This document shows, in pieces, positions 30,380 through 41,369 of a stretch of DNA of 64,000 nt (positions within the stretch are counted from its first letter, which is position 1; the number at the start of each line of letters is the position of its first letter). This DNA is from Candidatus Poribacteria bacterium. Its GTDB lineage: Bacteria > Poribacteria > WGA-4E > JAJDTR01. Under the pieces are notes generated by a model, which worked only from the letters and a program-made list of their open reading frames with translations, had not been told where the DNA came from and did not search any database. Where the stretch lies: contig CBDBEE010000002.1 in NCBI GenBank assembly GCA_965204085.1, positions 840,913 through 904,912 of the forward strand, written 5' to 3'. A program made the translations under genes and the position numbers.

Positions 30380-31546
30380 TCAAAACCTCCCTGCACCTAT
30401 TTGGCGGAGGGCATCCCAAAACATGGCTTCCGACATTACATGTTCATCGGTGTATATTCCAAAACCGTCCGAACCCGCTTCGATCATCGCCTTCGCCGCG
30501 TCGACAGTTTTCTTCACCAGGTCTCGCACCGGTATTCCGCCGCCGCCGTTCTTCCCGAGCACGGTGCCGTAAATCTCGCATCTCTCCCCGACAACTTCTT
30601 TCACCGCGGCAATCTCTTTCTTGATTCTAGCCGAATCCACGTACCATGATCCGGTGTCGCTGTTCGGGTAGCTTAGCGGATAATGCGGATCTATAATCCA
30701 AAACCTTGGGTGTAATGCGTCAACCAACCCCTCGTCAACCCAGGTGGTCCAGTCTAACATCAGTTTGTAAGCACCGTCCGGGTCAGCCCAAACCCCTTCG
30801 GTGGCAACCGAGATTTCAACCTTTCTGCCCAGACCTGAAAGCTCCTCCCTCAGTTCTCTCATAAGTTGAGTGTAGTAGCTCGCACGCAAGCGCGTCCACG
30901 CTTTGTCGTCATTGTCAATTTTGCGCGGGTCGACTCCATGGGCTTCGGTGTAGTCTGAAATAGCGGGGGCGTCATATCCCAATGGCCACACCTCCTCGCC
31001 CTCCGCCAAAACGTGCACAAATTCCAACTGCACGCCGTCTGCACCAAATTCTCGCGAATATGTCACTAGGGCGGCTATGACATATTCTCGAACCTCGGGA
31101 TAAGCCAGAGACATGTAGCCAATGTCGTAGCCCAAAACCTGTTCCCCGACCTCCCAGTCAAGCCAGCTTCTTCCGTCTCGCCCTTTGGACATATACTCCG
31201 GATTTTCAGCCGCAAATCGGGGTATCCTGCCATCGGGAATGATGCGTCGCGGTACCGTTCGACGTGAACCCGTCCACACGCCTGCGATAGCCACAAGCGT
31301 GTACGGATGTACTTCAACACCCACTTGATGCGCCTCTTGGCAGAGATTTCGAAGCAGTTCTCGCGACTCACCGCCCGGATATTTCCCGTAGAATTCAATA
31401 TCCGCCGCCCCCGGAGGTCTGCGGCACCGTATCCACTCATGGCTTTTCAGCACCCCTTCGTAGAAGGTGGAAATGATTTGGTGTACCCCGATCTCTGCAC
31501 ATTTCGCGGGCGGCCAACTTGGGTTAACGATGGCTATATCAATCAT
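30380..31546 (-). CDS. hypothetical protein, possibly a glycoside-hydrolase-like TIM-barrel (GHL-type)
   Basis: 388 aa with no signal peptide and only weak family resemblance. Confidence 0.35.
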   Translation of the reverse strand: MIDIAIVNPSWPPAKCAEIGVHQIISTFYEGVLKSHEWIRCRRPPGAADIEFYGKYPGGESRELLRNLCQEAHQVGVEVHPYTLVAIAGVWTGSRRTVPRRIIPDGRIPRFAAENPEYMSKGRDGRSWLDWEVGEQVLGYDIGYMSLAYPEVREYVIAALVTYSREFGADGVQLEFVHVLAEGEEVWPLGYDAPAISDYTEAHGVDPRKIDNDDKAWTRLRASYYTQLMRELREELSGLGRKVEISVATEGVWADPDGAYKLMLDWTTWVDEGLVDALHPRFWIIDPHYPLSYPNSDTGSWYVDSARIKKEIAAVKEVVGERCEIYGTVLGKNGGGGIPVRDLVKKTVDAAKAMIEAGSDGFGIYTDEHVMSEAMFWDALRQIGAGRF

Positions 31547-31614
31547 CTGACAATTCGTCTCAACCCATCACCGCCCCACATGCTGCGTGTCGGCATTTTA
31601 TCCTGCATTTGCGC

Positions 31615-32472
31615 TCAAGCCTTCAACGGCAAAGGTGTATAGACGTTTGAGCCGCCGGTGCGGTCCTTCCCGCGCAAGAGATAGATGTGATGATTGGGAT
31701 TCAGCACGGGATCGTTGCAACGCACAGTCGCCGGCATATAACGCATCGTGTAGCCGCATCGTCGATTTTGGGAAGTGTTGGGGTTGGATCCGTGAATGGT
31801 AAAACCGTCATGGAAGTGGCATTCTCCGATTTGTAACTCCAAGTCCACGATTTTTGACGGATCGATGTCATCCGCGACCACCTCGTGATGAAACAGCTTT
31901 TCGTCGCGGTTGTCCACCTCTTCATATCGCCGATCCCTAAGTTTGTGGCTTCCGGCGATTACTCGCATACACCCGTTGGTAACTAGGGACTCGTCGACCG
32001 CCAGCCACATGGTGATAACGCGCATTGGCTCCAGCCGCTTTCCCCAATAAACCCCGTCCTGATGCCAAGGCACCGCCAAGCCGTCACCGGAACGTTTGCT
32101 GATAAAATGACTCGACCACAGCACGATGTCCGGACCGATGAACCTTTCGATGACATCCAATACATGTGGATGCGTCAGGTATTTGAACAGGAACGGATTT
32201 TCGAAATGCGGCACATCCATCTGCTCCGGACGTTTGTCCTCGGGCAGCGAGGCAATCATACCATCGACATATTCGCGCAATGCGCTCAATTCCGGCTTCG
32301 CGAAAATCCTTCCGAACTTCAGGTAACCGTGCTCTCGGTAGAAATCTACCTGCTCATCGCTAACAGTGGTTTCAATCTCCCAATCTGGATCTGTTATTGG
32401 GCTACTCATCTGTGCATTCCGCCTTGCATTTATTAGCTGGATTGCCGCAGCAGCAATTGAGGATATTGCCAA
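31615..32472 (-). CDS. phytanoyl-CoA dioxygenase (PhyH) family protein
   Basis: VPWHQDGVYWG motif. 285 aa. Confidence 0.8.
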   Translation of the reverse strand: MAISSIAAAAIQLINARRNAQMSSPITDPDWEIETTVSDEQVDFYREHGYLKFGRIFAKPELSALREYVDGMIASLPEDKRPEQMDVPHFENPFLFKYLTHPHVLDVIERFIGPDIVLWSSHFISKRSGDGLAVPWHQDGVYWGKRLEPMRVITMWLAVDESLVTNGCMRVIAGSHKLRDRRYEEVDNRDEKLFHHEVVADDIDPSKIVDLELQIGECHFHDGFTIHGSNPNTSQNRRCGYTMRYMPATVRCNDPVLNPNHHIYLLRGKDRTGGSNVYTPLPLKA

Positions 32473-32751
32473 TCATGCAGTTCGATATAGTTCAGTGGTT
32501 GCCTAGCCAAGAGATTATGTAATCGGATTGAATTAGTACGCACACGCTGTGTGCCGTCAACTGCCTTACGTCGACTAGTAGGAACAATCTCCAGGTCGCG
32601 ACCACGTCCTTACTTCATTTTAATGCAATCAAAGAGTTCGCGACCGGGAGGTCGCTCCTACCTATACTCGGGTGGTACAGTGTGGTTTACGGCACACGGC
32701 GTGTGCCTACTACTTTGAAACGATGCCATAGACTCTTAGCGAGCGAACCAT

Positions 32752-34527
32752 TTAGCTTCCTAGCGATTCACCTTCACCTTGCCGAACCGTCACAACCCGG
32801 TCAACACCGGGAACCGAGAAACGCTCCCGATCTCCGTCAGGCCACACGACGTCAATCGCCTCGATGGTCTCAATCTCTCCCAAACCGAAATGCGCTTTGA
32901 AGTCACTACTGCTCAGATAGCTATAGGCTGGCAGCACTAGCCCGACGAACTTGGTGCCCTCTGCGACAACAGTCACCCGCGCGCCAATCGCGTCACGCTT
33001 GCCGGTCATTGCCCGGATTGACAGCCAATGTGTCCCGGGCGCGGGCGCATCATTCCTGAATACTCGAGGTGCTCCCCAGATGTTTCCAACGACGAAGTCG
33101 AGGTCCCCATCGCGGTCGATATCACCAAAAGCCAGTCCACGACTAATCTCGACTTGGGAGGTGAACTTTCCGCCGCGTGCGCCTACGTTGCTGAACTGCC
33201 CGTGTCCATTATTCTCAAATAGCAGGTTCGGTTCCGCGTAGGCATCCCAGAATGTGCCGATGTTGGCTCCCGGCAGGACGGGACCGCGCATCACTCGTCC
33301 ATTCACTAGCGCGATATCAAGGTCGGCATCATTATCGAAATCGAAAAACCCGCATCCGAACCCGGTAAACGGCAAATCTATTCCCGCGAAACCGGAGCTA
33401 TCGGTGGCATCGCTGAACATCCCATACGACGAGGCAACGTAGAGAGTATTGGTCTCCCTATGAAAGTGCGTCATAAATAGGTCAAGCTCGCCATCACGAT
33501 CCACATCTCCAACAGTGACTCCCATGCTCGCTTCCGCTTTGCCGTGCGTGTTGAACGCCAAACCCCGCATAATCGCTTCATCGTAAAAAGTGCCTGATCC
33601 CGAGTTGACCCAGAGCCGATTTGGCTCTCCATCGTTGGCAACATAGAGATCTACCCAGCCATCCGAGGTGAAGTCTGTGCACACAACGCCCAACCCCTTA
33701 TCCGACGAGATGATTCCGACTTCGGCAGTCACATCGCTAAAAGTGCCGTTACCGTTATTCCGATAGAGCGAGTCCGGTATGCCGTCAAAACTCTGAGGGC
33801 CGCAATAGTCGCGCGCATCGCTTAACCTTTGGCAGGATACCGCAGGATCAAACCGGAGATAGCGAGCTACGTAAAGATCAAGATAGCCGTCTGCATCATA
33901 GTCCAAATACGCCGCAGATGTGCTCCAACCTCCCTCAGAAAATCCGGCAGCGTCCGTCGCATTCACAAAAGTTCCATCGCCGTTGTTTCGATAAAAGGTA
34001 TCGGGGCCATAATTCGTCACATAGAGGTCCAAGTCGCCGTCATTATCCGTGTCTCCAATAGCCACCCCCTGTCCATAGCCGGCATCGTTCAAACCGCTGC
34101 CATCAGTAACATCGGAAAACGAACCATCTGCCTGCTGCTGAAAGAGGCGGAAATGCGTCCAGAAAAGACCTGCCCAGTGTTCGCCCGAGATCTCCTTAGC
34201 ACGTCCCTCCGTCTCAGCGGTTGGTTCGCGGAAAAGCAAGGATCGGATCTGAAGAAGATCGAGGTCGTTATCGCAGTCATAGTCAAACAGCGCAACCCCG
34301 CCTCCCATGATCTCCGGCAAAGTATAAGTCCCGTCAGAAGGCCACCGTTCCGAAGTATCCTCTAACCCCACCGCAGATGTAATTTCGGTAAACAGCGGCT
34401 TACCCCCGTCTGTGGTACCTGAGGCCACAAAAGGGGCAACTGTAAGTAGACAGACGAGACCAATGGCTACACTTCTAGGAATACTTTCAATCTGCCGAAA
34501 CATAAATAAGGGCGATTCGGAAATCAA
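32752..34527 (-). CDS. FG-GAP/VCBS repeat protein with ASPIC/UnbV C-terminal domain (CRTAC1-like)
   Basis: Signal peptide. Repeated DxDxDGxxDL motifs (FDYDCDNDLDLL, GDTDNDGDLDLYVTN). C-terminal UnbV-like region. Confidence 0.8.
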   Translation of the reverse strand: MISESPLFMFRQIESIPRSVAIGLVCLLTVAPFVASGTTDGGKPLFTEITSAVGLEDTSERWPSDGTYTLPEIMGGGVALFDYDCDNDLDLLQIRSLLFREPTAETEGRAKEISGEHWAGLFWTHFRLFQQQADGSFSDVTDGSGLNDAGYGQGVAIGDTDNDGDLDLYVTNYGPDTFYRNNGDGTFVNATDAAGFSEGGWSTSAAYLDYDADGYLDLYVARYLRFDPAVSCQRLSDARDYCGPQSFDGIPDSLYRNNGNGTFSDVTAEVGIISSDKGLGVVCTDFTSDGWVDLYVANDGEPNRLWVNSGSGTFYDEAIMRGLAFNTHGKAEASMGVTVGDVDRDGELDLFMTHFHRETNTLYVASSYGMFSDATDSSGFAGIDLPFTGFGCGFFDFDNDADLDIALVNGRVMRGPVLPGANIGTFWDAYAEPNLLFENNGHGQFSNVGARGGKFTSQVEISRGLAFGDIDRDGDLDFVVGNIWGAPRVFRNDAPAPGTHWLSIRAMTGKRDAIGARVTVVAEGTKFVGLVLPAYSYLSSSDFKAHFGLGEIETIEAIDVVWPDGDRERFSVPGVDRVVTVRQGEGESLGS

Positions 34528-35702
34528 TTGTGAACGTTGCCAAAATTTGGATTATACACCGATCTGTGCACCTTGTAAAGCGATTTCAGCAGCAATCCAT
34601 CGCACCCGGTCCCCGATAACCGACAGCACACGACTATCGATTTTCGTTCGCGGTCTCCCCTTTGCGTACCAGGCTCATAGTGCTAGAATGCGTTGTTCAG
34701 CCTCTCTGTCGGAGCGACCTCCTGGTCGCGACAAAACCGAGTTTTTTCCTCGCCCGCGCAGTTCCACCTTCGGTCATCAAATCGAAGATGCAATTTCCAA
34801 GTCTTGAATATTGAATTGCTAGGGGAAACGCATCTATACCTTGCGTTGGGTAATATTGCGCTTGTTTTCGCAGCACTAACGTCTCGCGATTCGGAGATCG
34901 GAGGGATCTCAATCAGGATCTACTATGGGATAGCTATCAGGATTGGCTATGGGATCCCTATCGTCCTCGTTATTCACTCACTTGATCGCTCATTATCCAT
35001 TCGCTTGAGGGATCTCTATGGGATTTCTATCGCCCTCGTTATTCACTCGGTTGATCCTTCCTTATCCAGTCAGTTGATCCTGCCGTTTATGGGGTGTTTT
35101 GGTGATTGTCTGAATCACGGATTTTCACTGATTAAACGGATTACACGGATTACGGGATCTCTATCGCGCTCCTTATCCAGTCGCTTGATCCTTCTGTTGA
35201 GTAAAATTGAGCTTGTTTCCTCGACAATTATGGTTTTTAATACGACTTACGCGGCGCCAGCAGGTCGCGATTGGGAGATGGGATCTCTATGGTCGTATAG
35301 AGGCGATCACAATCTAACAGATTGTGGTACAGAAATCTATGATCCCACTTGATCGTGGCTGCTACTCTACCAGACGCTCGAAAACACGCAATTTTCAGCA
35401 GCGTGAAGTATAATTATAGAGGATGTCTCATGGCGGTAGAATGTACGATTAATGTTGGGTTTCACTCGAATTTTGGCACGTTCAGGCAAAGCGGGAACTC
35501 GAAAACTCCTCTAAGATTGGCGATTATTAACGAATTCCGTTCAACCCAACCTACGACTGCGATGCGATTTCCAAGTCTTGATGATTGAATTGCCTTGACG
35601 CACTTCATCACTCCTTGATAAAATGCGAACTTAACGCGCTGCTCTGGAGCAACTTGCCCATTGGGGGCGCAGTAAAATCAACGGCGAGAAAAGAGAAAAA
35701 CT
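34528..35702. repeat. 1.2-kb repeat-rich noncoding island
   Basis: It contains arrays of 12-nt GGATCTCTATCG-like units and 22-nt ...TTATCCAGTCGCTTGATCC-like units, the gatgcRatttccaagtcttga repeat (two copies), and the ttcagcagcgtgaagtataa motif. Confidence 0.5.
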
Positions 35703-36410
35703 ATGGAAATCCTAATGATACCCATCCACGCGAAAGAACAACACGTGGACGATGTCATCCGCGAGGCAATACTCAATGCCAAGACTACGGTTGAAACTGA
35801 ACCCGGATGTCGGCGATACGATGTCATTCAAGATGAAAACGACCCTACAAAACTTGGTCTGTGCCAAGTCTACAACGATATAGGCGCATTCTACGAGCAT
35901 CTGAGCCTTCCCCACTACCAACGGTTTTCACAGACCACAAAGACCTGGACAACCGCGCCCCCGGAGTATGCAAAGTATCGCCCTGTATTCCCTCTTGGTG
36001 ACGCATGTTGGGATTCACAACGTCCCTCCGCAGTGGAAGACGATGCCTTCAACAGGGGTCTGTTCGTAATTCATGCACCCATAAAAGTCAAAGACGACCA
36101 TGTGTCCGATTTCATTGAGTCCTTGCGCCGTGACGCAATCGGATCGGTCAACGAAGAACCGGGATGCCTAAGATTCGACATCTACCAAAACCAGGAAGAC
36201 CGATCTGCGCTCTATCTTTATGAGGTTTATGTAAACAAAGCCGCCTTCGAATATCACAGGGCTACCCCGCACATTAAACGATGGGTTGAAGAAGTCAAAA
36301 ACTGGTACGCCCCCGGCTTTTCGCTGGCGGACAACAAGGATAAAGTCGTCGGCACTAACGTTTGGCCTCCCGACAATTGGCACTGGAGCTCCGGAAAACC
36401 CAGCCGCTAA
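35703..36410 (+). CDS. tandem ABM (antibiotic-biosynthesis-monooxygenase-like) domain protein
   Basis: Two repeats of an ABM-like pattern (HV..DVIREA...EPGCRRYDV, and HVSDFIESL...EPGCLRFDIYQ). Confidence 0.65.
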   Translation: MEILMIPIHAKEQHVDDVIREAILNAKTTVETEPGCRRYDVIQDENDPTKLGLCQVYNDIGAFYEHLSLPHYQRFSQTTKTWTTAPPEYAKYRPVFPLGDACWDSQRPSAVEDDAFNRGLFVIHAPIKVKDDHVSDFIESLRRDAIGSVNEEPGCLRFDIYQNQEDRSALYLYEVYVNKAAFEYHRATPHIKRWVEEVKNWYAPGFSLADNKDKVVGTNVWPPDNWHWSSGKPSR

Positions 36411-36470
36411 TTTGCCCCGAACCCACGTTTTTTCGTGAAAACCTGGGTTCTTAACCCTAGGATCCCCAAA

Positions 36471-37553
36471 ATGAAAACTTACCGCACAGGCATCGTCGGG
36501 ATAACACATCTGAGTTCCCACATCTCCGCGTTGAACGCCGCGCCGCGGGTCGAATTGGTTGCTGCCGCCGCTCATACCGATACCGAAAAAGCCATGTTCC
36601 AAGAGGGCGGCATTTCTACAATCTATTCAAGCTATGAAGAAATGTTAGCCAACGCCGATCTGGACATCGTTGAAATTGATACCGATCCCATCGAACGCTA
36701 CGACATGACGCTTGCGGCGGCGGATCGGCGTATCCACGTCTTGGGCGAAAAGCCTATCGCCACTTCACTTGAGCACGCGGACGAGATGGTCGCCGCATGT
36801 GACAGAGCGGGAGTTCAACTGGCTATCCACCATATCAGACGATGCGACCCCTACCATGTCCGCGCGAAAACGCTCCTGGAGGAAGGATTCATCGGCAATC
36901 TCCTATCGATTCGAGCGACGCTGCGCAATTCGTTTCCGTCGGGACACAGCCTAATCAATCTCGGCACCCACCTTTTTGACACCGCTCGTTTCTTCGCCGG
37001 GGACGTGGAGTGGCTTGATGGTTACGTGACAACAGACGGCAAACCGGCGTCCCCGCAAGATGTCCAACCCCATCCCGGCGGAATGGGACCCATGGCAGGC
37101 GACAAAGCCACGACCATTCTAGGATTCAAGAACGGCGTTACCGCGACCGTCGAGTTCTGGAGAGCGGAACCCGAGTATTTCGGTATCGAGTTAATTGGAA
37201 CAAACGGAGCCTTGGCTGTACGAGTCCCTGAATCCCCTTGCCCGCTGATGCATCGTTCGGACGCGCTCTGGTCGGCTAACCCCGAGGATAACATCTGGCG
37301 ACCGATAGAACTATCCGTGACTGAACTCGCCGGTCGAGGTCCCGGCAGTTGGGACGCGGTCTACCGTATTGCCGTTGAAGAATTTATCCGGTGTATAGAA
37401 ACGGGCGACGAGCATCCGCTAAGCGGCGTCCAAGCTGTAAAAGCACTGGAACTCATTCTGGGCACCTACGAATCCCATCGACTCGGCGCGAGAGTGTCGA
37501 TTCCTTTAGCGGAACGCCGACACCCTTTGGACCTGTGGACAGAGGAATTGTGA
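36471..37553 (+). CDS. Gfo/Idh/MocA family oxidoreductase
   Basis: N-terminal Rossmann region (YRTGIVGI) and C-terminal GFO_IDH_MocA-like domain. The start is taken at MKTYRTG. Confidence 0.85.
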   Translation: MKTYRTGIVGITHLSSHISALNAAPRVELVAAAAHTDTEKAMFQEGGISTIYSSYEEMLANADLDIVEIDTDPIERYDMTLAAADRRIHVLGEKPIATSLEHADEMVAACDRAGVQLAIHHIRRCDPYHVRAKTLLEEGFIGNLLSIRATLRNSFPSGHSLINLGTHLFDTARFFAGDVEWLDGYVTTDGKPASPQDVQPHPGGMGPMAGDKATTILGFKNGVTATVEFWRAEPEYFGIELIGTNGALAVRVPESPCPLMHRSDALWSANPEDNIWRPIELSVTELAGRGPGSWDAVYRIAVEEFIRCIETGDEHPLSGVQAVKALELILGTYESHRLGARVSIPLAERRHPLDLWTEEL

Positions 37554-37612
37554 GTTGCGTTAAGAAACCGATTTGCGGAAAAACCCGTGTCATCTAAACC
37601 GAGAGTCGTCTG

Positions 37613-40600
37613 ATGAAAAAATCCCTGTTTGTCATGTTTATCCATTTATTCATTTCTGTCCTGTTTTTGCAGAACAGTTTCGCGCAGGAATATACACGAT
37701 GGGGGCTGCCGGAGGGCGCTACGGCGCGCCTGGGAAAAGGTGGAATAAATGAAATCGCGTTTTCGCCGGACGGGTCACAGTTTGCAGTGGCAAGTAGTAT
37801 CGGCATCTGGCTCTATGACCCGAACACCGGCACTGAAGTCACCCTCCTCACCGGGCATACGTCCTCTGTCAATTGTGTAGCCTTCAGTCCAGATGGGAAG
37901 ACTATCGCCAGTGGGAGTTCCGACGATACCATCCGTTTGTGGGATGCTACCACTGGAGTTCATAGGCAATCACTTACCGTCCATAACTCTATTGTCAATA
38001 GCCTAGCCTTCAGCCCGGATGGGAAAACTATTGCCAGTGGGAATGGTTCCATCACAGGTGAAGATAACACAATCCGTATGTGGGACGCCGTTACTGGAAA
38101 ACTTAAGCAGACAATCTCCGGGCACGCAGACATAGTTACTAGTGTCGTCTTTAGTTCCGATGGCAGTGCACTTGCAAGTCAGACTTTCGGTTTCGACAAA
38201 CAGATTCATATCTGGAATGCTTACACAGCCGACCTCAAGTGGAGGTCAAGCTTGCCTGAGTATTCGGTCCGTAGCATCGCTATAAGCCCCGATTGGTACA
38301 CAGTTGCAAGCGGGAGTAGTGACGGAACAATCCGTCTGTGGGATGTTGTCACGGGAGCACATAAGACGACGCTTGCCGGGCATACGGATCCGGTCAATAT
38401 CATTGTCTATAGCCCGGATGGACTTACAATCGCCAGTGGCGGTTTCGACGGTACAATCAGGCTGTGGAATGTCGCCACGGGAGCACAAAAGGCGACGCTT
38501 GCCGGGCATACGAGTTGGATTGACCACATCGCCTTCAGCCCGGACAGTAATACGATTGCTAGTGGAAGTGACGACAGAACCATGCGGCTGTGGGATGTTA
38601 CCACTGGAGCACAAAAATGGATCGTCCACGAGCATACGGATTCGATAAACAGCATCGCCTATAACCCGGATGGACGTACAATCGCCAGTGGTGGTTTCGA
38701 CGGCACCATCCGGTTATGGAAAGTTGCTATGGGCGAGGTCAAGCGAAGTTTCGGGTTTGGGTACGGAGTCGCTCTGAGCCCAGACGGGCGCACAATTGCA
38801 AGTCAAGTTATTGACGAGATTTTTCTGTGGGACGCAAGCACAGGAGCACAAAAGCAAGTTCTCACCGGGCATACAGATCGCGTTCAAAGCATCGCATTCA
38901 GCACGGATGGGCGCACAATCGCCAGCGGGAGTCAGGATAAAACCATCCGGCTATGGGATGTCGCCACGGGAGTACAAAAGCGAGTTCTCACCGGGCATAC
39001 AGATCACGTTCAAAGTATCGCATTCAGTCCCGATGGGAATATGCTTGCCAGTGGGAGTTGGGACCATACCATCCGCCTATGGAATGTCCTGACGGGCAGA
39101 AACAAGCACACGCTCACAGGTCATACAGCTTTCGTCAACTGTGTCGCATTCAGTCCCGATGGGATCGTGCTTGCCAGTGGGAGTGACGACATTCGCCTAT
39201 GGGAGGCCGACACGGGGGCGCACAAGCGAACGCTCACCGGGACGAGATCGGTCGGGAGCCTAGCTTTCAGCCCGGATGGGGATACAATCGCTAGTGGAGG
39301 TTCGGGCGGTACTATCCAACTGTGGGATGCTCTTACATGTACTAAGAAGCGCACATTCACTGGTCATACATATCGGGTCAACAGTGTGGTTTTCAGTCCA
39401 GATGGAAACACAATTGCCAGCGGGAGTGAAGACGGGACAATTCTGATGTGGAACCCGCTTCCTGATCCAAGTGTAATCGTTACGGAGCGCGGGTTTGACA
39501 ACTATAGTCTGGGGCCCGCTCAGCAGGGACTGCCTGATGGTGCTAAGGCGCGGCTTGGTAAGGGTTCGGCATCTAAGATTGCATATTCTCCAGATGGAAC
39601 ACGTCTTGCTGTCGCGAGTAGCATTGGGATTTGGCTCTATGATGTCCACAGCGAGAGCGAAGTCGACCTTCTGACCGGGCATACACATCGTGTCTCTAGC
39701 GTAGCGTTCAGCCCGGATGGGAGCACAATCGCTAGCAGCAGTAATGGGATTCGTGACAATACCATCCGTCTATGGGATGCTGTCACGGGGGAACACAAGC
39801 TGACACTAGTCGGGCATACAGATGCGGTCATTAGTGTTGCTTTCAACCCGGACGGTGGTACGATTGCCAGTGGAAGTGATGACAATACCATTAGGATGTG
39901 GGACACTATCACAGGCGTACACAAGCTGACGCTCACGGGGCATTCTAGCAACGTTAGCAGCGTAACGTTCAGCCCAGATGGAAGGACCATTGCCAGTGGA
40001 AGTGATGACAAGACCATTAGAATGTGGGACACTATCACAGGCGCACACAAGTTGAGACTCACCGGTCATACGGATTGGGTGACTAGTGTCCTCTTCAGCC
40101 TAGACGGTAGCACAATTATCAGCGCCAGTAGAGACAAGACAATCCGTCTGTGGGATGCTACCTCAGGCGCACACAAGCTAACACTAGCCGGGCATACAGA
40201 CCCAGTCATTTGTGTCGCCTTCAACCCGGATGGGAGTATGATCGCCAGTGGGGGTTTGGACAAGACCCTCCGACTGTGGGATGCTACCTCAGGCGCACAC
40301 AAGTTGACACTCACCGGCCATACGGATTGGGTGACTAGTGTCCTCTTCAGCCCAGACGGTAGCACAATTATCAGCGCCAGTAGAGACAGGACAATCCGTC
40401 TGTGGGATCTTCTCAAAGGCACCGATAAGATATTCGCTCGGGACAAGATGAAGGCCAATAGTGTTACCTTCAGCCCAGATGGGAGAACACTTGCCACTGG
40501 AAATCACGACAATACAGTCCGATTGTGGGATACCGTCACAGGCGGACACAAACAGACGCTCACCTGGCACACCGATGAGGTCACTAGTCTCGCCTATAGC

Positions 40601-41299
40601 CCAGACGGCGACACGCTTGCCAGTGGTAGTAAGGATTATACCATCTGTCTGTGGGATGCCGTCACAGGCAAACATAAGCGGACACTTACTGGACATACGT
40701 TTAATGTAAATAGCATTGCGTTTAGCCCGGATGGCAGGATTCTGGCTAGCACGAGTAATGATAATACTATCTATTTGTGGGACGTTCCGACAGGTACACT
40801 CAAGCACACTCTTATTGGGCATACGAATTGGGTTACTGCCGTTGCGTTCAGCCCAGATGAGAAAACACTTGCCAGTGCGAGCTACGACACCACCGTGCGG
40901 CTGTGGGACTCCGTCATGGGCAAATTCAAGCGGACATTCACCGGTTATAATCTTGCAGTCCGGAGTGTTGCCTTCAGTCCAGATGGGAGAACACTTGCCA
41001 CTGGAAGTGGCGACAATGTCCGATTGTGCGACGCCATTACGGGCATGCACAAGCGGATCCTCGCCGGACATACGAATTGGATCGATAGTGTCGCGTACAG
41101 CCCTGATGGGCATACGCTCGCCAGTGGCAGTTGGGACCATACCATCCGACTATGGGACACCATCACAGGTACTCACAAGCAGACCCTCGCCGGACACACA
41201 GATTCGGTTGTGGGGCTCGCATTCAGCCCGGATGGAACCACGCTCGCCAGTTGTAGTGAGGATGGTACGATTCTATTGTGGGATGTGACCGCCGAATAA
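37613..41299 (+). CDS. WD40 repeat protein (about 28 repeats, two homologous halves), secreted
   Basis: Signal peptide. Reiterated GHTxxVxSVAFSPDGxTIASGSxDxTIRLWD units. The N-terminal block GLPEGATARLGKGGINEIAFSPDG reappears at about residue 630. Confidence 0.9.
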   Translation: MKKSLFVMFIHLFISVLFLQNSFAQEYTRWGLPEGATARLGKGGINEIAFSPDGSQFAVASSIGIWLYDPNTGTEVTLLTGHTSSVNCVAFSPDGKTIASGSSDDTIRLWDATTGVHRQSLTVHNSIVNSLAFSPDGKTIASGNGSITGEDNTIRMWDAVTGKLKQTISGHADIVTSVVFSSDGSALASQTFGFDKQIHIWNAYTADLKWRSSLPEYSVRSIAISPDWYTVASGSSDGTIRLWDVVTGAHKTTLAGHTDPVNIIVYSPDGLTIASGGFDGTIRLWNVATGAQKATLAGHTSWIDHIAFSPDSNTIASGSDDRTMRLWDVTTGAQKWIVHEHTDSINSIAYNPDGRTIASGGFDGTIRLWKVAMGEVKRSFGFGYGVALSPDGRTIASQVIDEIFLWDASTGAQKQVLTGHTDRVQSIAFSTDGRTIASGSQDKTIRLWDVATGVQKRVLTGHTDHVQSIAFSPDGNMLASGSWDHTIRLWNVLTGRNKHTLTGHTAFVNCVAFSPDGIVLASGSDDIRLWEADTGAHKRTLTGTRSVGSLAFSPDGDTIASGGSGGTIQLWDALTCTKKRTFTGHTYRVNSVVFSPDGNTIASGSEDGTILMWNPLPDPSVIVTERGFDNYSLGPAQQGLPDGAKARLGKGSASKIAYSPDGTRLAVASSIGIWLYDVHSESEVDLLTGHTHRVSSVAFSPDGSTIASSSNGIRDNTIRLWDAVTGEHKLTLVGHTDAVISVAFNPDGGTIASGSDDNTIRMWDTITGVHKLTLTGHSSNVSSVTFSPDGRTIASGSDDKTIRMWDTITGAHKLRLTGHTDWVTSVLFSLDGSTIISASRDKTIRLWDATSGAHKLTLAGHTDPVICVAFNPDGSMIASGGLDKTLRLWDATSGAHKLTLTGHTDWVTSVLFSPDGSTIISASRDRTIRLWDLLKGTDKIFARDKMKANSVTFSPDGRTLATGNHDNTVRLWDTVTGGHKQTLTWHTDEVTSLAYSPDGDTLASGSKDYTICLWDAVTGKHKRTLTGHTFNVNSIAFSPDGRILASTSNDNTIYLWDVPTGTLKHTLIGHTNWVTAVAFSPDEKTLASASYDTTVRLWDSVMGKFKRTFTGYNLAVRSVAFSPDGRTLATGSGDNVRLCDAITGMHKRILAGHTNWIDSVAYSPDGHTLASGSWDHTIRLWDTITGTHKQTLAGHTDSVVGLAFSPDGTTLASCSEDGTILLWDVTAE

Positions 41300-41369
41300 C
41301 TTACGGGACAGAGTTAGGAGCTAAGCATGGCACATTTCTCGGTCGTTTATTAACGGAGGTCTCGTCAGT

